Counted from the first letter of the stretch, positions 41,563-51,974 are shown. The stretch: 64,000 nucleotides of DNA from an uncultured Bacilli bacterium (GCA_934096805.1 CAKOMW010000002.1:11736-75735), one strand, 5' to 3'. Program-made: numbers and translations. Notes: generated by a model from the sequence alone, not told the origin.

Positions 41563-42753
41563 ATGAAGTGCATATTAATGAATAAAAACACCCCTGTTTT
41601 AGTAGCAGAATACAATACAACCCTGAATGTATTTGACAGAATGTACGAAATTATAGACATCAACTACGCGCCATTAATCATTAAAAATTACTATGAAGAA
41701 GAACAAGATGCATTAATATTACTCAAAAGACTAGGGGAATGGTTTAACGGAAGAGGCATTCCATCATGGAGAGATAAACTAGACTTATTACTTCATAGAC
41801 TTAACATCGAAACCCCCACAGAATTATTAGATAAAGCCTTTGGACTTTCACTATCTGACCAATACTGGTTAAAACCATACGATTTAGAAATAAAATACGA
41901 TGACATCAACTTTTTTGATAATGACTTTGATTATGCTGAGTTTTTAGAAGCATCACTTTCACTCAATAGCAAAACCATAAAAAAAGAAGCATCATTAAAG
42001 ACACCAAATAATACAACAGATGGTATGCTAAAAAAAGCATGGATTATCGAAAATAAAACAAGATACCTATTAAAAGGTGGATACAAAAACGAAATTCTCC
42101 AACCATTTAACGAAGTTCTGGCATCAATGATTTGTGAAAGACTAGGATTTGACCATGTTACATACACATTAGACACCTATAAAGATACAGTCGTTTCAAA
42201 ATGTCCATGTTTTATAAACAAAAACACAGAACTAATTACTTGCTACCAAATAAGAAACAATATGAAAAGACATGACTCAGAAGAAGACTACGAAGATTAC
42301 ATCAAAAAACTGGAAGAAAACAACATAAAAGATGCAAGAATCAAAATAGAAAACATGTACATTCTAGACTTCCTTATAATGAATGAAGATAGACACTTAA
42401 ACAACTTTGGCATCATAAGAGACGTAAATACTTTAAAATGGATAGACGTTGCACCAATATTTGATAATGGTATGGCCCTTTCAATTCAAAGCTACGACGA
42501 TGAAGAGCTAATTATATCAGGGCATGGTAGATTATTCTACGAAATAAAACCATTCGATGAAATCATTAAAGTAGTAAAAGACATTACAAGAATAGATGTC
42601 TCAAAACTAGAAGACATCCCAGAAGAATTTGACAACATGTTACACAAATATCAATACCTAACCAAAATATCAGATAAAAGAATATATAGACTATGCGTAC
42701 TATTACAAAGACAAATAAATAAACTAAAAAAACTAATCGAAGAAGCCCAATAA
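41563..42753 (+). CDS. HipA-like Ser/Thr kinase family protein (toxin candidate)
   Basis: DFLIMNEDRHLNNFGII matches the HipA C-terminal catalytic motif (..L.GN.D.H.KN.S). About 400 aa. Downstream of the XRE regulator. Confidence 0.5.
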   Translation: MKCILMNKNTPVLVAEYNTTLNVFDRMYEIIDINYAPLIIKNYYEEEQDALILLKRLGEWFNGRGIPSWRDKLDLLLHRLNIETPTELLDKAFGLSLSDQYWLKPYDLEIKYDDINFFDNDFDYAEFLEASLSLNSKTIKKEASLKTPNNTTDGMLKKAWIIENKTRYLLKGGYKNEILQPFNEVLASMICERLGFDHVTYTLDTYKDTVVSKCPCFINKNTELITCYQIRNNMKRHDSEEDYEDYIKKLEENNIKDARIKIENMYILDFLIMNEDRHLNNFGIIRDVNTLKWIDVAPIFDNGMALSIQSYDDEELIISGHGRLFYEIKPFDEIIKVVKDITRIDVSKLEDIPEEFDNMLHKYQYLTKISDKRIYRLCVLLQRQINKLKKLIEEAQ

Positions 42754-42873
42754 ATAGCTTCTTTTTTCATGTAAATTAATGTAAAACAACAAAAAAAAAA
42801 GTTAAATCTATGTTTACAAACTTAATAAATACATAGTAAAATAATAATATAAAAAAAGAAAGGAGTTTTAAAT

Positions 42874-43863
42874 ATGGAAAAGAAAAATAATAAGGGGTTA
42901 ACAATAATAATTGTAACATTAATAGTCTTACTTCTAGGGGTAGTTTGTTATATTTATTATGATAAATTCTTAAACAATGATAATAACAATAATGTTAATA
43001 GCCCTAACAACACAAACAAAACGAAAGAAGATACTGATTTTTATTCTATTAATAATTTAGTTAAAAATCACTATATTAAAAAGTTAACTTCTACTACCAG
43101 CGATGGAATAGAAATAAAAGACGGCAGTGTCTACTATGTTGCTACAATCGGAGGGAAACTTATTAAAGACACTTCCATTACTGAACAACCAGTAGCAGTC
43201 TATTCAACCCTAAAAGGTGGTCTTGTTGGGCCTTTATCTTTATACGTCTTAACTAAAGAAAATAATCTTTACTATTGCATCCAAAATTACAGTGACAGTG
43301 AAACTGTTCCTACATTTACAAAAATAAATACTAAGAAAATTGCTAATGTTTATACAGAATATTTAAAAGGTGACAACTTTATCGGCGTTGACTACGGAGA
43401 TGGTAACCTATACATTCATTCTCCAGAAGGATTTACCAATACTTACAAAGAAACGTACAAATACCCTGATTATCAAGACGCATATAAAACAGCAGATACC
43501 ATTCTATGGAGAATTGATACAGATAAAAAATTATATGCCTTTGTTGTATCTGAAACAAACCCTGATAATGGAGACTATAAAGAAGTAACTTACAACCAAA
43601 AACCAGTTGTTGTTAAAAATACTTTTAATGGGTACTTAAATAATACAATTGTTAACTTTGTAATCGATAATGATAATAACTTATTAACAGATAGCAAAGA
43701 CAAGACTGATTTATCACTATACAAAAACTCTAAAGTTAAAGATGCAAAATATGAAAAAGATAAAGATGGAAACTATAACGTTACAGTCACTCTAGAAGAC
43801 GGAAGCAATATTTTTATAAGCAATGCTACACTTTCATCATTATATCTAAGAAACAATTCATAA
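42874..43863 (+). CDS. Hypothetical secreted/membrane-anchored protein
   Basis: SD AAAGGAG, N-terminal TM. 329 aa, N/D/Y-rich. Confidence 0.45.
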   Translation: MEKKNNKGLTIIIVTLIVLLLGVVCYIYYDKFLNNDNNNNVNSPNNTNKTKEDTDFYSINNLVKNHYIKKLTSTTSDGIEIKDGSVYYVATIGGKLIKDTSITEQPVAVYSTLKGGLVGPLSLYVLTKENNLYYCIQNYSDSETVPTFTKINTKKIANVYTEYLKGDNFIGVDYGDGNLYIHSPEGFTNTYKETYKYPDYQDAYKTADTILWRIDTDKKLYAFVVSETNPDNGDYKEVTYNQKPVVVKNTFNGYLNNTIVNFVIDNDNNLLTDSKDKTDLSLYKNSKVKDAKYEKDKDGNYNVTVTLEDGSNIFISNATLSSLYLRNNS

Positions 43864-43976
43864 GAGAAAAATAATTAATAAAAAAAGACTTCAATTTACA
43901 CAATGAAGTTCTTTTTTCTACATCTTAATGACATTTTTCAAGAAATTTGTTATACTTACCATAGGAGATGATTACT

Positions 43977-44399
43977 ATGAATAAAAAAGGCTTTACCCTA
44001 ATAGAACTATTAGCCATAATCGTAATCTTAGGAATACTAGCAGCAATGAGTACAATGATGGTAGGAAACTATGTAAAAAACTCTAAGAAAGATGCTACAA
44101 GAGTAACTGCTCAAACAATGATAAACGCCGTACTAGACGACTTAGAACTACTAGAAGTAAAAGATGAAACACCAGAAAATAAAACTTATGATTTTCTTGG
44201 AGAAAACAAAAACTTACTAGAAAAACCATTAAACAAAAGCCCTTGGGAATACAAAATAACAGCGGCAAAAGTATACTTAACAAACTATAGCAATATAACA
44301 ATATGTATAAAAGATGAAAAAGGAAACGGAGTAAAAGGAACAGAAGAACAAATAAAAAGTAATAAAGACTTAATATACGAAAATATAACTTGTAACTAA
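43977..44399 (+). CDS. Prepilin-type N-terminal cleavage/methylation domain protein (type IV pilin / ComGC-like pseudopilin)
   Basis: MNKKGFTLIELLAIIVILGILAAM class-III signal peptide (G|FTLIE). 141 aa. Confidence 0.65.
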   Translation: MNKKGFTLIELLAIIVILGILAAMSTMMVGNYVKNSKKDATRVTAQTMINAVLDDLELLEVKDETPENKTYDFLGENKNLLEKPLNKSPWEYKITAAKVYLTNYSNITICIKDEKGNGVKGTEEQIKSNKDLIYENITCN

Positions 44400-44412
44400 A
44401 AGGAGGAAAACT

Positions 44413-45886
44413 ATGAACAAATATTCGTCTGGGGGGGGGGCAAAATACTACTAACCCTATAAATAAAAAAGGGAAAACAATAAAAATAATATCAATAATA
44501 ATACTTTTAATACTAATAGTAATTAGTATATCTTTTGCATTAGGTAATATTGATATAAATATACTAGGAAGAAGAAATATAAAAATATCTAAATGCGAAC
44601 TAGATATAAACTTTAAAGAAAGTGAAGAACTAATGCTAGTAAGTAAATATCCCATATCAAAAGAAGAAGCATTAAAGTATAATGCAAAAGAAATAAATAT
44701 AACAAACAATTCTACATGTGATACAGCTTATTATAAAGTAACAATAAAAGACTTAGTAAATTCATCTATAAATAAAGATAAGATTAACTATCAAGTAATA
44801 GATAAAAGTACAAATACAGAAACAATAGATAAAAACCCAGATAACTTTAATATAAGTGATTCACTTACTAAAGGAAATACAAAAACATACACAATAAGAC
44901 TATGGATAGATGAAAGTGCCACCAATACAGACTTATTTATAAATGGGGATACAACAAAACTAATAGAATATAAATATGCACTTAACATAGAATCAAGTGA
45001 TGAAAAATTAAAAGGACCAGATTATGCTTTAGAGTTTGCCCAAGCAAATGCAGGACAAAATGGTTTAGAACAAATAACTCATACAATAGATAATACACTT
45101 CAAGTAGATAATAAATTTGCAACAGAATACAGATACAGAGGAGGAGATTCTGTAGTAAAGAACTATGTAACATTTAATAATGAAACATGGAGAATAATCG
45201 GAATAATACCAACTGAAGATACAAATGGTAATGTAGAAAATAGAATTAAGATAATAAGGGATACTTCAATAGGAAATAAATATTGGAATACAATTAAAGA
45301 TACAACAACTAATTCATATAATAACTGGGTAACAGGAACATTAAATACATACTTAAATAATGATTATTATAATACATTAAGTACTGATGCCAAGAATATG
45401 ATAGGAACAACAAAATATTATCTTGGAGGATATGATTCTTCTAATAAAACCTCCGACATAATGTGGCAATATGAAAGAAAGAATGATGCCAATAGAAGTG
45501 GCTACTATTATGGAACTAATCCAATAATGCAAAGTGATGCAAATAAAAAGATAGCAATAATGTATGCCAGTGATTATGGATATGGAGCATCAACAAGTTG
45601 TACGAATACATTGAAATATTATGCTGGCATAAATTATGATTCAAGTACAGAATGTAATAGAACAAATAATTGGTTAGATAAAAGTCAAGCCATATGGTTA
45701 CTTTCTCAGATTACAGCCGATTCCTACGGCGCTTTCAATATGAGCTCGAGTGGCTATGTCGATAACGGCGGCAACGTCGGCAACGACGAGTATGCAGTCC
45801 GCCCAGTCCTAAGTCTGTCATCTAACGTAAAGATTTCAGGTGGAGAAGGCACTTCGAGTAGTCCTTACACCTTATCAGAAAAATAA
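44413..45886 (+). CDS. Poly-G phase-variable surface protein family, copy 3 (frameshifted in the G tract). The start is 13 nt after the pilin-like gene, with SD AAAGGAGGA.
   Basis: About 590 bp of the 5' end are nearly identical to copies 2 and 4. C-terminal VRPVLSLSSNVKISGGEGTSSSPYTLSEK. Confidence 0.65.
44431..44440 (+). repeat. Homopolymeric G tract, n=10, in copy 3 (OFF; G9 would be ON)
   Basis: ATG AAC AAA TAT TCG TCT G10 CAAAATACTACTAA gives a TAA stop. Removing one G fuses to the 417-aa ORF at 44633. Confidence 0.8.
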
Positions 45887-46027
45887 TGTTATCAACGATT
45901 TATAAAAAAGAAACCATACAAAACTAGGCTCTATATTTTTTGATGGGTCAATTTCAAATAAGGCTTCACGGTACAGTGGTGTCTTTTTTATATAATAACT
46001 TCGTATTTTATTGATTTTGTGAACACC

Positions 46028-46091
46028 TATTTTACATTTTGGCTAATTTTTATTTTACAATTTGGACAAAAATCATTTTACATTTTGGCCA
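46028..46091 (+). repeat. Three direct repeats of about 19 bp (TATTTTACATTTTGGCTAA-like) spaced 22-23 bp, upstream of gatCAB
   Basis: tattttacattttggctaa / tattttacaatttggacaa / cattttacattttggccaa. Confidence 0.4.
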
Positions 46092-46257
46092 ACTTTAATC
46101 TTTATGAATAGTAATCATTTCATTAATATATATTTTTATCACATTACTTTTAGAAATAGTACATTATAATCATACAAACAGTTTTCTTTACACTAAAAAC
46201 TCATTTTTCTTTAATTATTCTTTCATACATGCTATAATATATAGGACGGAGGTAAGT

Positions 46258-46551
46258 ATGAATAAATTAACTAAAGAAGAAGTATTACACGTTGCAAACC
46301 TTGCACGGTTACAATTAACCGAAGAAGAAATAGAAAAATTCTCATATCAATTAAAAGAAATCATGGACAGTATTAACACCATAAACGAAGTATCAACAGA
46401 TGAACAAGAACCATTAATCGCGCCATGGTCCAATGAATGTGTTCTAAGAAAAGACGAATATCAAGAATACAACCTAAAACAAGACATCCTAAAAAATGCA
46501 CCAAAAAGCTTTGATAACTTCATAGAAGTAGGAGGTGTTTTAAATGACTAA
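46258..46551 (+). CDS. gatC: Glu-tRNA(Gln) amidotransferase subunit C
   Basis: About 95 aa, V..VA.LARL.L.EEE motif. Immediately upstream of gatA. Confidence 0.8.
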   Translation: MNKLTKEEVLHVANLARLQLTEEEIEKFSYQLKEIMDSINTINEVSTDEQEPLIAPWSNECVLRKDEYQEYNLKQDILKNAPKSFDNFIEVGGVLND

Positions 46552-47980
46552 CTACCTAGAACTACCAATAATAGAAATTAACAAACTATTAAAAGAAAAA
46601 CAAATAAAACCAATTGATCTAGTAAATGAATGCTTAAAAAGAATAGAGGAAAGCGACTTAAACGCCTTTATCACTTTAGATAAAGAAAATGCCATAAAAA
46701 AAGCCAAAGAACTAGAAACAAAAGAAGTAGACAATATTCTTTTTGGAATTCCTATTGCCATAAAAGATAACATTTTAACTAAAAAACTAACCACAACTGC
46801 TGCTTCAAAAATGCTAGAAAATTTTAATCCGATATATGATGCTTATGTCATTGAATTAATAAATGAAAAAAATATGATAATCATAGGAAAAACCAACATG
46901 GACGAATTTGCCATGGGTTCAAGCAACCAAACAAGCTACTTTGGACCAGTAAAAAATCCATGGGACAAAACCCGTGTATCAGGAGGTTCATCTGGAGGCT
47001 CAGCAGTTGCAGTTGCAGCCTCACTCACCCCGTTAGCGCTAGGTAGCGACACAGGAGGTTCAATCAGACAACCATCAGCTTTCTGTGGCACCGTAGGACT
47101 AAAACCAACCTATGGAAGAGTATCAAGATACGGCCTTATTGCCTTTGCATCAAGCATGGATCAAATCGGACCAATAACCAGAAACGTCTATGAAAATGCC
47201 TTGTTACTAAACACTATTTGTAAAAAAGACAAAAGAGACCTAACCAACATTGAAACAAACGAAGACTTTACATCCTTAATCGGAAAAGACATCAAAGACA
47301 TGAAAATAGCAATTCCTAGCTTTTATCTAAGCGATGTCATTGAAAAAGAAATTTTAAATAACTTCAATGAAGTAACAGAAATGTTAAAAAACAAAGGTGC
47401 AACAGTAGAAGTAATAAACATGAAATACTTAGAAAATGCTGTAAGCCTTTATCAAATAATCGCTCTCGGAGAAGCAAGCAGTAATCTTGCCCGTTTCGAT
47501 GGCATAAAATACGGTTATAAAACAGAAAATCCTTCCTCTTTAGAAGAACTATATAAAAAAACAAGAAGCGAAGGCTTTGGAGACGAAGTAAAAAGAAGAA
47601 TAATGGTCGGTTCATATTTATTAAGTGGTGAAAACGCTAATATCTACTACGAAAAAGCCCTTAAAATAAGAAATGCTTTTAAACAAGAATTCAATAAAGT
47701 ATTCCAAAACTATGACCTTATAATCGGGCCAACAACCACAACTCTACCATACAAAATCGGAGAATCTTTAAACGATCCTAACAAAGGCTTCTTAGATGAC
47801 ATCCTAACCAATCCAATAAATATGGCTGGTCTTCCTGCAATGTCCTTACCAATAGCCTTTTCCAAAGACCATCTTCCCATAGGAATACAAATAATTGGCA
47901 ACAAATTTGATGAAAAAACAATCTATCAACTCGGATCATTTCTAGAAAAAGAACTGAACCTAAAAGGAGGCTTAAAATGA
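46544..47980 (+). CDS. gatA: Glu-tRNA(Gln) amidotransferase subunit A
   Basis: Amidase signature GGSSGGSAVAVAA...GSDTGGSIRQP. 478 aa. Confidence 0.9.
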   Translation: MTNYLELPIIEINKLLKEKQIKPIDLVNECLKRIEESDLNAFITLDKENAIKKAKELETKEVDNILFGIPIAIKDNILTKKLTTTAASKMLENFNPIYDAYVIELINEKNMIIIGKTNMDEFAMGSSNQTSYFGPVKNPWDKTRVSGGSSGGSAVAVAASLTPLALGSDTGGSIRQPSAFCGTVGLKPTYGRVSRYGLIAFASSMDQIGPITRNVYENALLLNTICKKDKRDLTNIETNEDFTSLIGKDIKDMKIAIPSFYLSDVIEKEILNNFNEVTEMLKNKGATVEVINMKYLENAVSLYQIIALGEASSNLARFDGIKYGYKTENPSSLEELYKKTRSEGFGDEVKRRIMVGSYLLSGENANIYYEKALKIRNAFKQEFNKVFQNYDLIIGPTTTTLPYKIGESLNDPNKGFLDDILTNPINMAGLPAMSLPIAFSKDHLPIGIQIIGNKFDEKTIYQLGSFLEKELNLKGGLK

Positions 47981-49392
47981 GTAAATATCTTCCAACAATT
48001 GGTATCGAAGTTCACATCGAACTAAAAACAAACTCCAAAGTCTTCTCAGACACAAAAAATGATTACAACAGTGAAGCTAACACCAATATATGTGAAATAG
48101 ACTTAGGTTATCCTGGAACACTTCCTACTGTAAATGAAGAAGTAGTAAGAAAAGCCATAAAATCTGGGCTTGCACTTAACTGTACCATAAATAAAAAGAT
48201 GCACTTTGACAGAAAAAATTATTTCTACCCAGACCTACCAAAAGGTTACCAAATAACCCAAGCCAAAACCCCAATCGCAGAAAATGGCTACATTGAAATA
48301 AAAGACAAAAAAATACGAATCGAAAGAATTCATATCGAAGAAGACACTGCAAAAAGCCTTCATAAAAAAGACAAAACATACCTTAACTACAACAGAGCAG
48401 GGGTACCCCTTATTGAAATAGTATCAAAACCAGACATGCACACTAAAGAAGAAGCAATGGCTTATCTTGAACGCCTAAGAGAAACTCTTTTCTATCTTGG
48501 TGTAAGCGACTGCAAAATCGAAGAAGGAAGCATGCGGGCAGACGTAAATATTTCCATAAGTGATACAGATACTCTAGGAACTCGCGCTGAAATAAAAAAC
48601 ATTGGTTCCATAAAAAATGTTGGTCTGGCAATCGATTATGAAATAAAAAGACAAGAAAAACTCCTAGAAAACAATGAAAAAGTTGAAGAAGATACTAGAA
48701 AATTTGATGCTACCACTAACACAACAATTTTAATGAGAAAAAAAGAAACTGGAAACGACTATCGTTATTTTGAAGAACCAGACATACCATACCTAACAAT
48801 CGAAGACACACTTATCGAAGAAATAAGACAAAATATCAAACTTCTACCAGACGAAAGAAGACAAATCTATAAACAAAGAAACATCCTAGACATTAACATT
48901 GAAAAACTAATAAATGATAAAGAACTATCAGACTACCTAAATCAATTTATAGACACAAAAGTAAACTTCAAAATAGCAAGCAACATTCTTCTATCAGACA
49001 TAAAATCATACTTAAACAAAAACAGAATATCCATTTTTGATACTAAACTAACAAAAGAAAAATTCATTGAACTAACAACCCTTCTTGAAGAAAAAACCAT
49101 AACAAACCAAATATTCAAAGACATAATAAATGACATTTTAGAACAAGATCTTTCCTTAAAAGAAATACTAAAACAAAAAAATATTTCTTTAGAGAAAGAC
49201 TTAACTCTACTAGAAGAAATAATAAAAAATGTCTTAAAAGAAAATGAAAAAAGCGTAAACGACTATAAAAATGGAAAAGACAACGCTCTAAAATACTTAA
49301 TGGGCATGGTAATGAAACAAACAAAAGGAACCTATAATCCTAAAGATGTCAACCAAACCCTAATAAGTTTACTGTCAAAAAGTGTAAATTGA
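47977..49392 (+). CDS. gatB: Glu-tRNA(Gln) amidotransferase subunit B
   Basis: PTIGIEVHIEL..T.SK.F, HIEEDT.K, GatB/YqeY C-terminal domain. 471 aa. Confidence 0.9.
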   Translation: MSKYLPTIGIEVHIELKTNSKVFSDTKNDYNSEANTNICEIDLGYPGTLPTVNEEVVRKAIKSGLALNCTINKKMHFDRKNYFYPDLPKGYQITQAKTPIAENGYIEIKDKKIRIERIHIEEDTAKSLHKKDKTYLNYNRAGVPLIEIVSKPDMHTKEEAMAYLERLRETLFYLGVSDCKIEEGSMRADVNISISDTDTLGTRAEIKNIGSIKNVGLAIDYEIKRQEKLLENNEKVEEDTRKFDATTNTTILMRKKETGNDYRYFEEPDIPYLTIEDTLIEEIRQNIKLLPDERRQIYKQRNILDINIEKLINDKELSDYLNQFIDTKVNFKIASNILLSDIKSYLNKNRISIFDTKLTKEKFIELTTLLEEKTITNQIFKDIINDILEQDLSLKEILKQKNISLEKDLTLLEEIIKNVLKENEKSVNDYKNGKDNALKYLMGMVMKQTKGTYNPKDVNQTLISLLSKSVN

Positions 49393-49441
49393 TTATTATT
49401 AAAATATAATGTATAATTACTATAATAAAGAGGTGTTATAA

Positions 49442-49912
49442 ATGAAAAAATCAATATTAAGTGAAATTAAAAAAAACAAATACACATCAATTGGTATAAT
49501 TGCATTCATCGTTTTACTAATTCTAGTCTTCATAATCTATAAAGCCATCATGCCATCCCTAGGAACTCCAGTATATGGTAACCGCCTAGACGGAATAGAA
49601 AAAGTAGAAATAACAAGTACCAAAATAAACGAATTAGACAAGGCCCTAGAAGAAGAATCATACGTAACAAATGCTAAAACAAATCTAAGTGGGAAAACTC
49701 TAAACACTGTAATCACAGTAAAAGAGGGCACTAAAGCATCAACTGCTAAAAAAATAACAAGCAAAGTCCTATCAAAATTCGATAAAGATCAAATTGCGTA
49801 CTATGACTTCCAAGTATTCATAAAAAATGAAAACAATAAGGAAAAAAGCTACCCAATAATTGCATATAAAAATAAGAGTAATGAAAGTTTCTCATACTCA
49901 CAATCTAAGTAG
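49442..49912 (+). CDS. Hypothetical membrane-anchored protein (156 aa)
   Basis: SD GAGGTG, single N-terminal TM. Confidence 0.4.
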   Translation: MKKSILSEIKKNKYTSIGIIAFIVLLILVFIIYKAIMPSLGTPVYGNRLDGIEKVEITSTKINELDKALEEESYVTNAKTNLSGKTLNTVITVKEGTKASTAKKITSKVLSKFDKDQIAYYDFQVFIKNENNKEKSYPIIAYKNKSNESFSYSQSK

Positions 49913-49921
49913 GTGTTATAA

Positions 49922-51973
49922 ATGAAAAAACAGACAAAAAAGAAAAAAACAAAAAAGAAAAATAACAAAAATATAACCAGAATAATTATTATTCTAGTTC
50001 TTTTGCTTGCAGTAATAACAGGAATTTATTTTTTCCTAAATGTCGAAGACGACAATAGTAAGCTAACTCTATTCGATAAACAATGGATAGACAAAAATAA
50101 AAGTACACTGTTTAATATTGAAATACCAAATAATATAAATATATATGGAAAAAATGGAGAAGGTGTTCTTTTTAACTATATAAAATATTTAGAAAATGAA
50201 ACAAAATTAACATTTAATAAAATATCATACAACTATCCATCAAAAAATGAAGAAGAATCAGGGCTAAAGATAATGATTTTATCAAACTCTGACACATTAA
50301 AAAAAGATGACATCTTAATCAGTGAAGATAAATACGTTTTAGTAAGTCCTACAAATACTAACATTGATGATTTATCAATTATCACTAACAAAAAAATAGG
50401 TATTTTACAAACAGATAAAGAAATATTTAACAATACTTATAACATAAACTATCAAACATATAATAATCTAAGTGATTTACTAAAAGCCGTAAAACAAAAA
50501 AAGTTAGACTATGCAGTAATACCACAACACTATTCACTTGAAGAAACAGTAAAAAATAATTTATACATAAACTATATTTACACTGACATATCAAATAAAA
50601 TAGTTCTACGTATGTCTACCAACAAAAAACTAAACGACATAGTAGCCAAAAACATTGAAAAATATAAAAAAGAACAACTAAGAACAAACTATGACGAACG
50701 ATTAATGAATTTCTACGTATCAAACATGAACATAAAAGACGTTGATCAACAATCATTATCCAATAAAACATATAAATATGGATACGTAAAAACTAATGCA
50801 TACAACATATCAAATAATAAAAAAATATACTCGGTTGCAGGAGAATATATAAACACTTTAAAAAACATGACTAACATTGATATCAATTATATTCCATTTG
50901 ATAATAAAGAAAAGCTAAAAAAAGCCATTGAAAAAAATGAAATAGACTTTGCATTCATTGACTTTGAATACGAAAATGAACAAGGATATAAAACACCATC
51001 AAACATTGACACAACTTTCCTTGCTCTATCTAAAAACTACAAAAACATAGATAACAAAAAAGGATTAACTAACAATCGTTTATACGTTTATACAGACAAC
51101 AATTTATATACATATATAAACAACAATTATAATGCTAACATAACAAAAACAAACAATGAAAACGTTCCTCTAAACGAAATCCTTTTAATAGATGAAACAG
51201 ATTATCTTCTAAAAAGAAATGAATTAAATGATACATACAACATTATTTTTAAAGACACATACCCATCAGGAAATCACTTTAACATAAATGAAAATGAAAA
51301 AAATTTAAGTGACATCCTAACATTCATCACTAATTATATAGACAATAAAAACATAAAAGAATTAGGAATGAACACTATAATAGAAAATGATGAAGACAAC
51401 AAAAGCTTCAGCACTTTATACCTAGCAATTCTATCAATAATTCTATTACCAATCATCCTAATAATAACTGTAGTTATAATAAACAAAATAACATTTAAAT
51501 TCAAAAATCCTAAAAAAGAAGACGTATTAAAATACAATGACATGTTAACCTCTTTGAAAAATAGAAACTATTTAAATGCCAACATTGATACTTGGGATGA
51601 AACCAAAATCTATCCAAGAACTATTATCATGCTTGACCTAAATAACCTAAAATACGTAAACGATAACTATGGACACCAAGAAGGAAATGAATTAATAAAA
51701 AGAGCAGCAGCAGTTCTTATAAACACTCAATTAGAAAAAAGTGAAATAATAAGAACTGATGGTAATGAATTCTTAGTATACCTAATAGGATACAATGAAA
51801 AACAAATAAAAACCTATATTGGAAAACTATCAAAAGAATTCGAAAAACTACCACATGGCTTCGGTGTATCAACCGGTTACAGCATGATTGAAGACGAAAT
51901 AAAAACAATAGACGATGCCATAAATGAAGCAAGTATTGCTATGAGAAAGGATAAACAGGAGAGATTCAAATAA
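49922..51973 (+). CDS. Membrane protein with tandem extracytoplasmic binding-protein-like domains and a C-terminal GGDEF-like domain with a degenerate active site (RTDGNEF)
   Basis: N-terminal TM, a second TM about aa 500, then IIMLDLNNLKYVNDNYGH.EGN..IK..A...........RTDGNEFLVYL. Confidence 0.5.
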   Translation: MKKQTKKKKTKKKNNKNITRIIIILVLLLAVITGIYFFLNVEDDNSKLTLFDKQWIDKNKSTLFNIEIPNNINIYGKNGEGVLFNYIKYLENETKLTFNKISYNYPSKNEEESGLKIMILSNSDTLKKDDILISEDKYVLVSPTNTNIDDLSIITNKKIGILQTDKEIFNNTYNINYQTYNNLSDLLKAVKQKKLDYAVIPQHYSLEETVKNNLYINYIYTDISNKIVLRMSTNKKLNDIVAKNIEKYKKEQLRTNYDERLMNFYVSNMNIKDVDQQSLSNKTYKYGYVKTNAYNISNNKKIYSVAGEYINTLKNMTNIDINYIPFDNKEKLKKAIEKNEIDFAFIDFEYENEQGYKTPSNIDTTFLALSKNYKNIDNKKGLTNNRLYVYTDNNLYTYINNNYNANITKTNNENVPLNEILLIDETDYLLKRNELNDTYNIIFKDTYPSGNHFNINENEKNLSDILTFITNYIDNKNIKELGMNTIIENDEDNKSFSTLYLAILSIILLPIILIITVVIINKITFKFKNPKKEDVLKYNDMLTSLKNRNYLNANIDTWDETKIYPRTIIMLDLNNLKYVNDNYGHQEGNELIKRAAAVLINTQLEKSEIIRTDGNEFLVYLIGYNEKQIKTYIGKLSKEFEKLPHGFGVSTGYSMIEDEIKTIDDAINEASIAMRKDKQERFK

Positions 51974-51974
51974 A

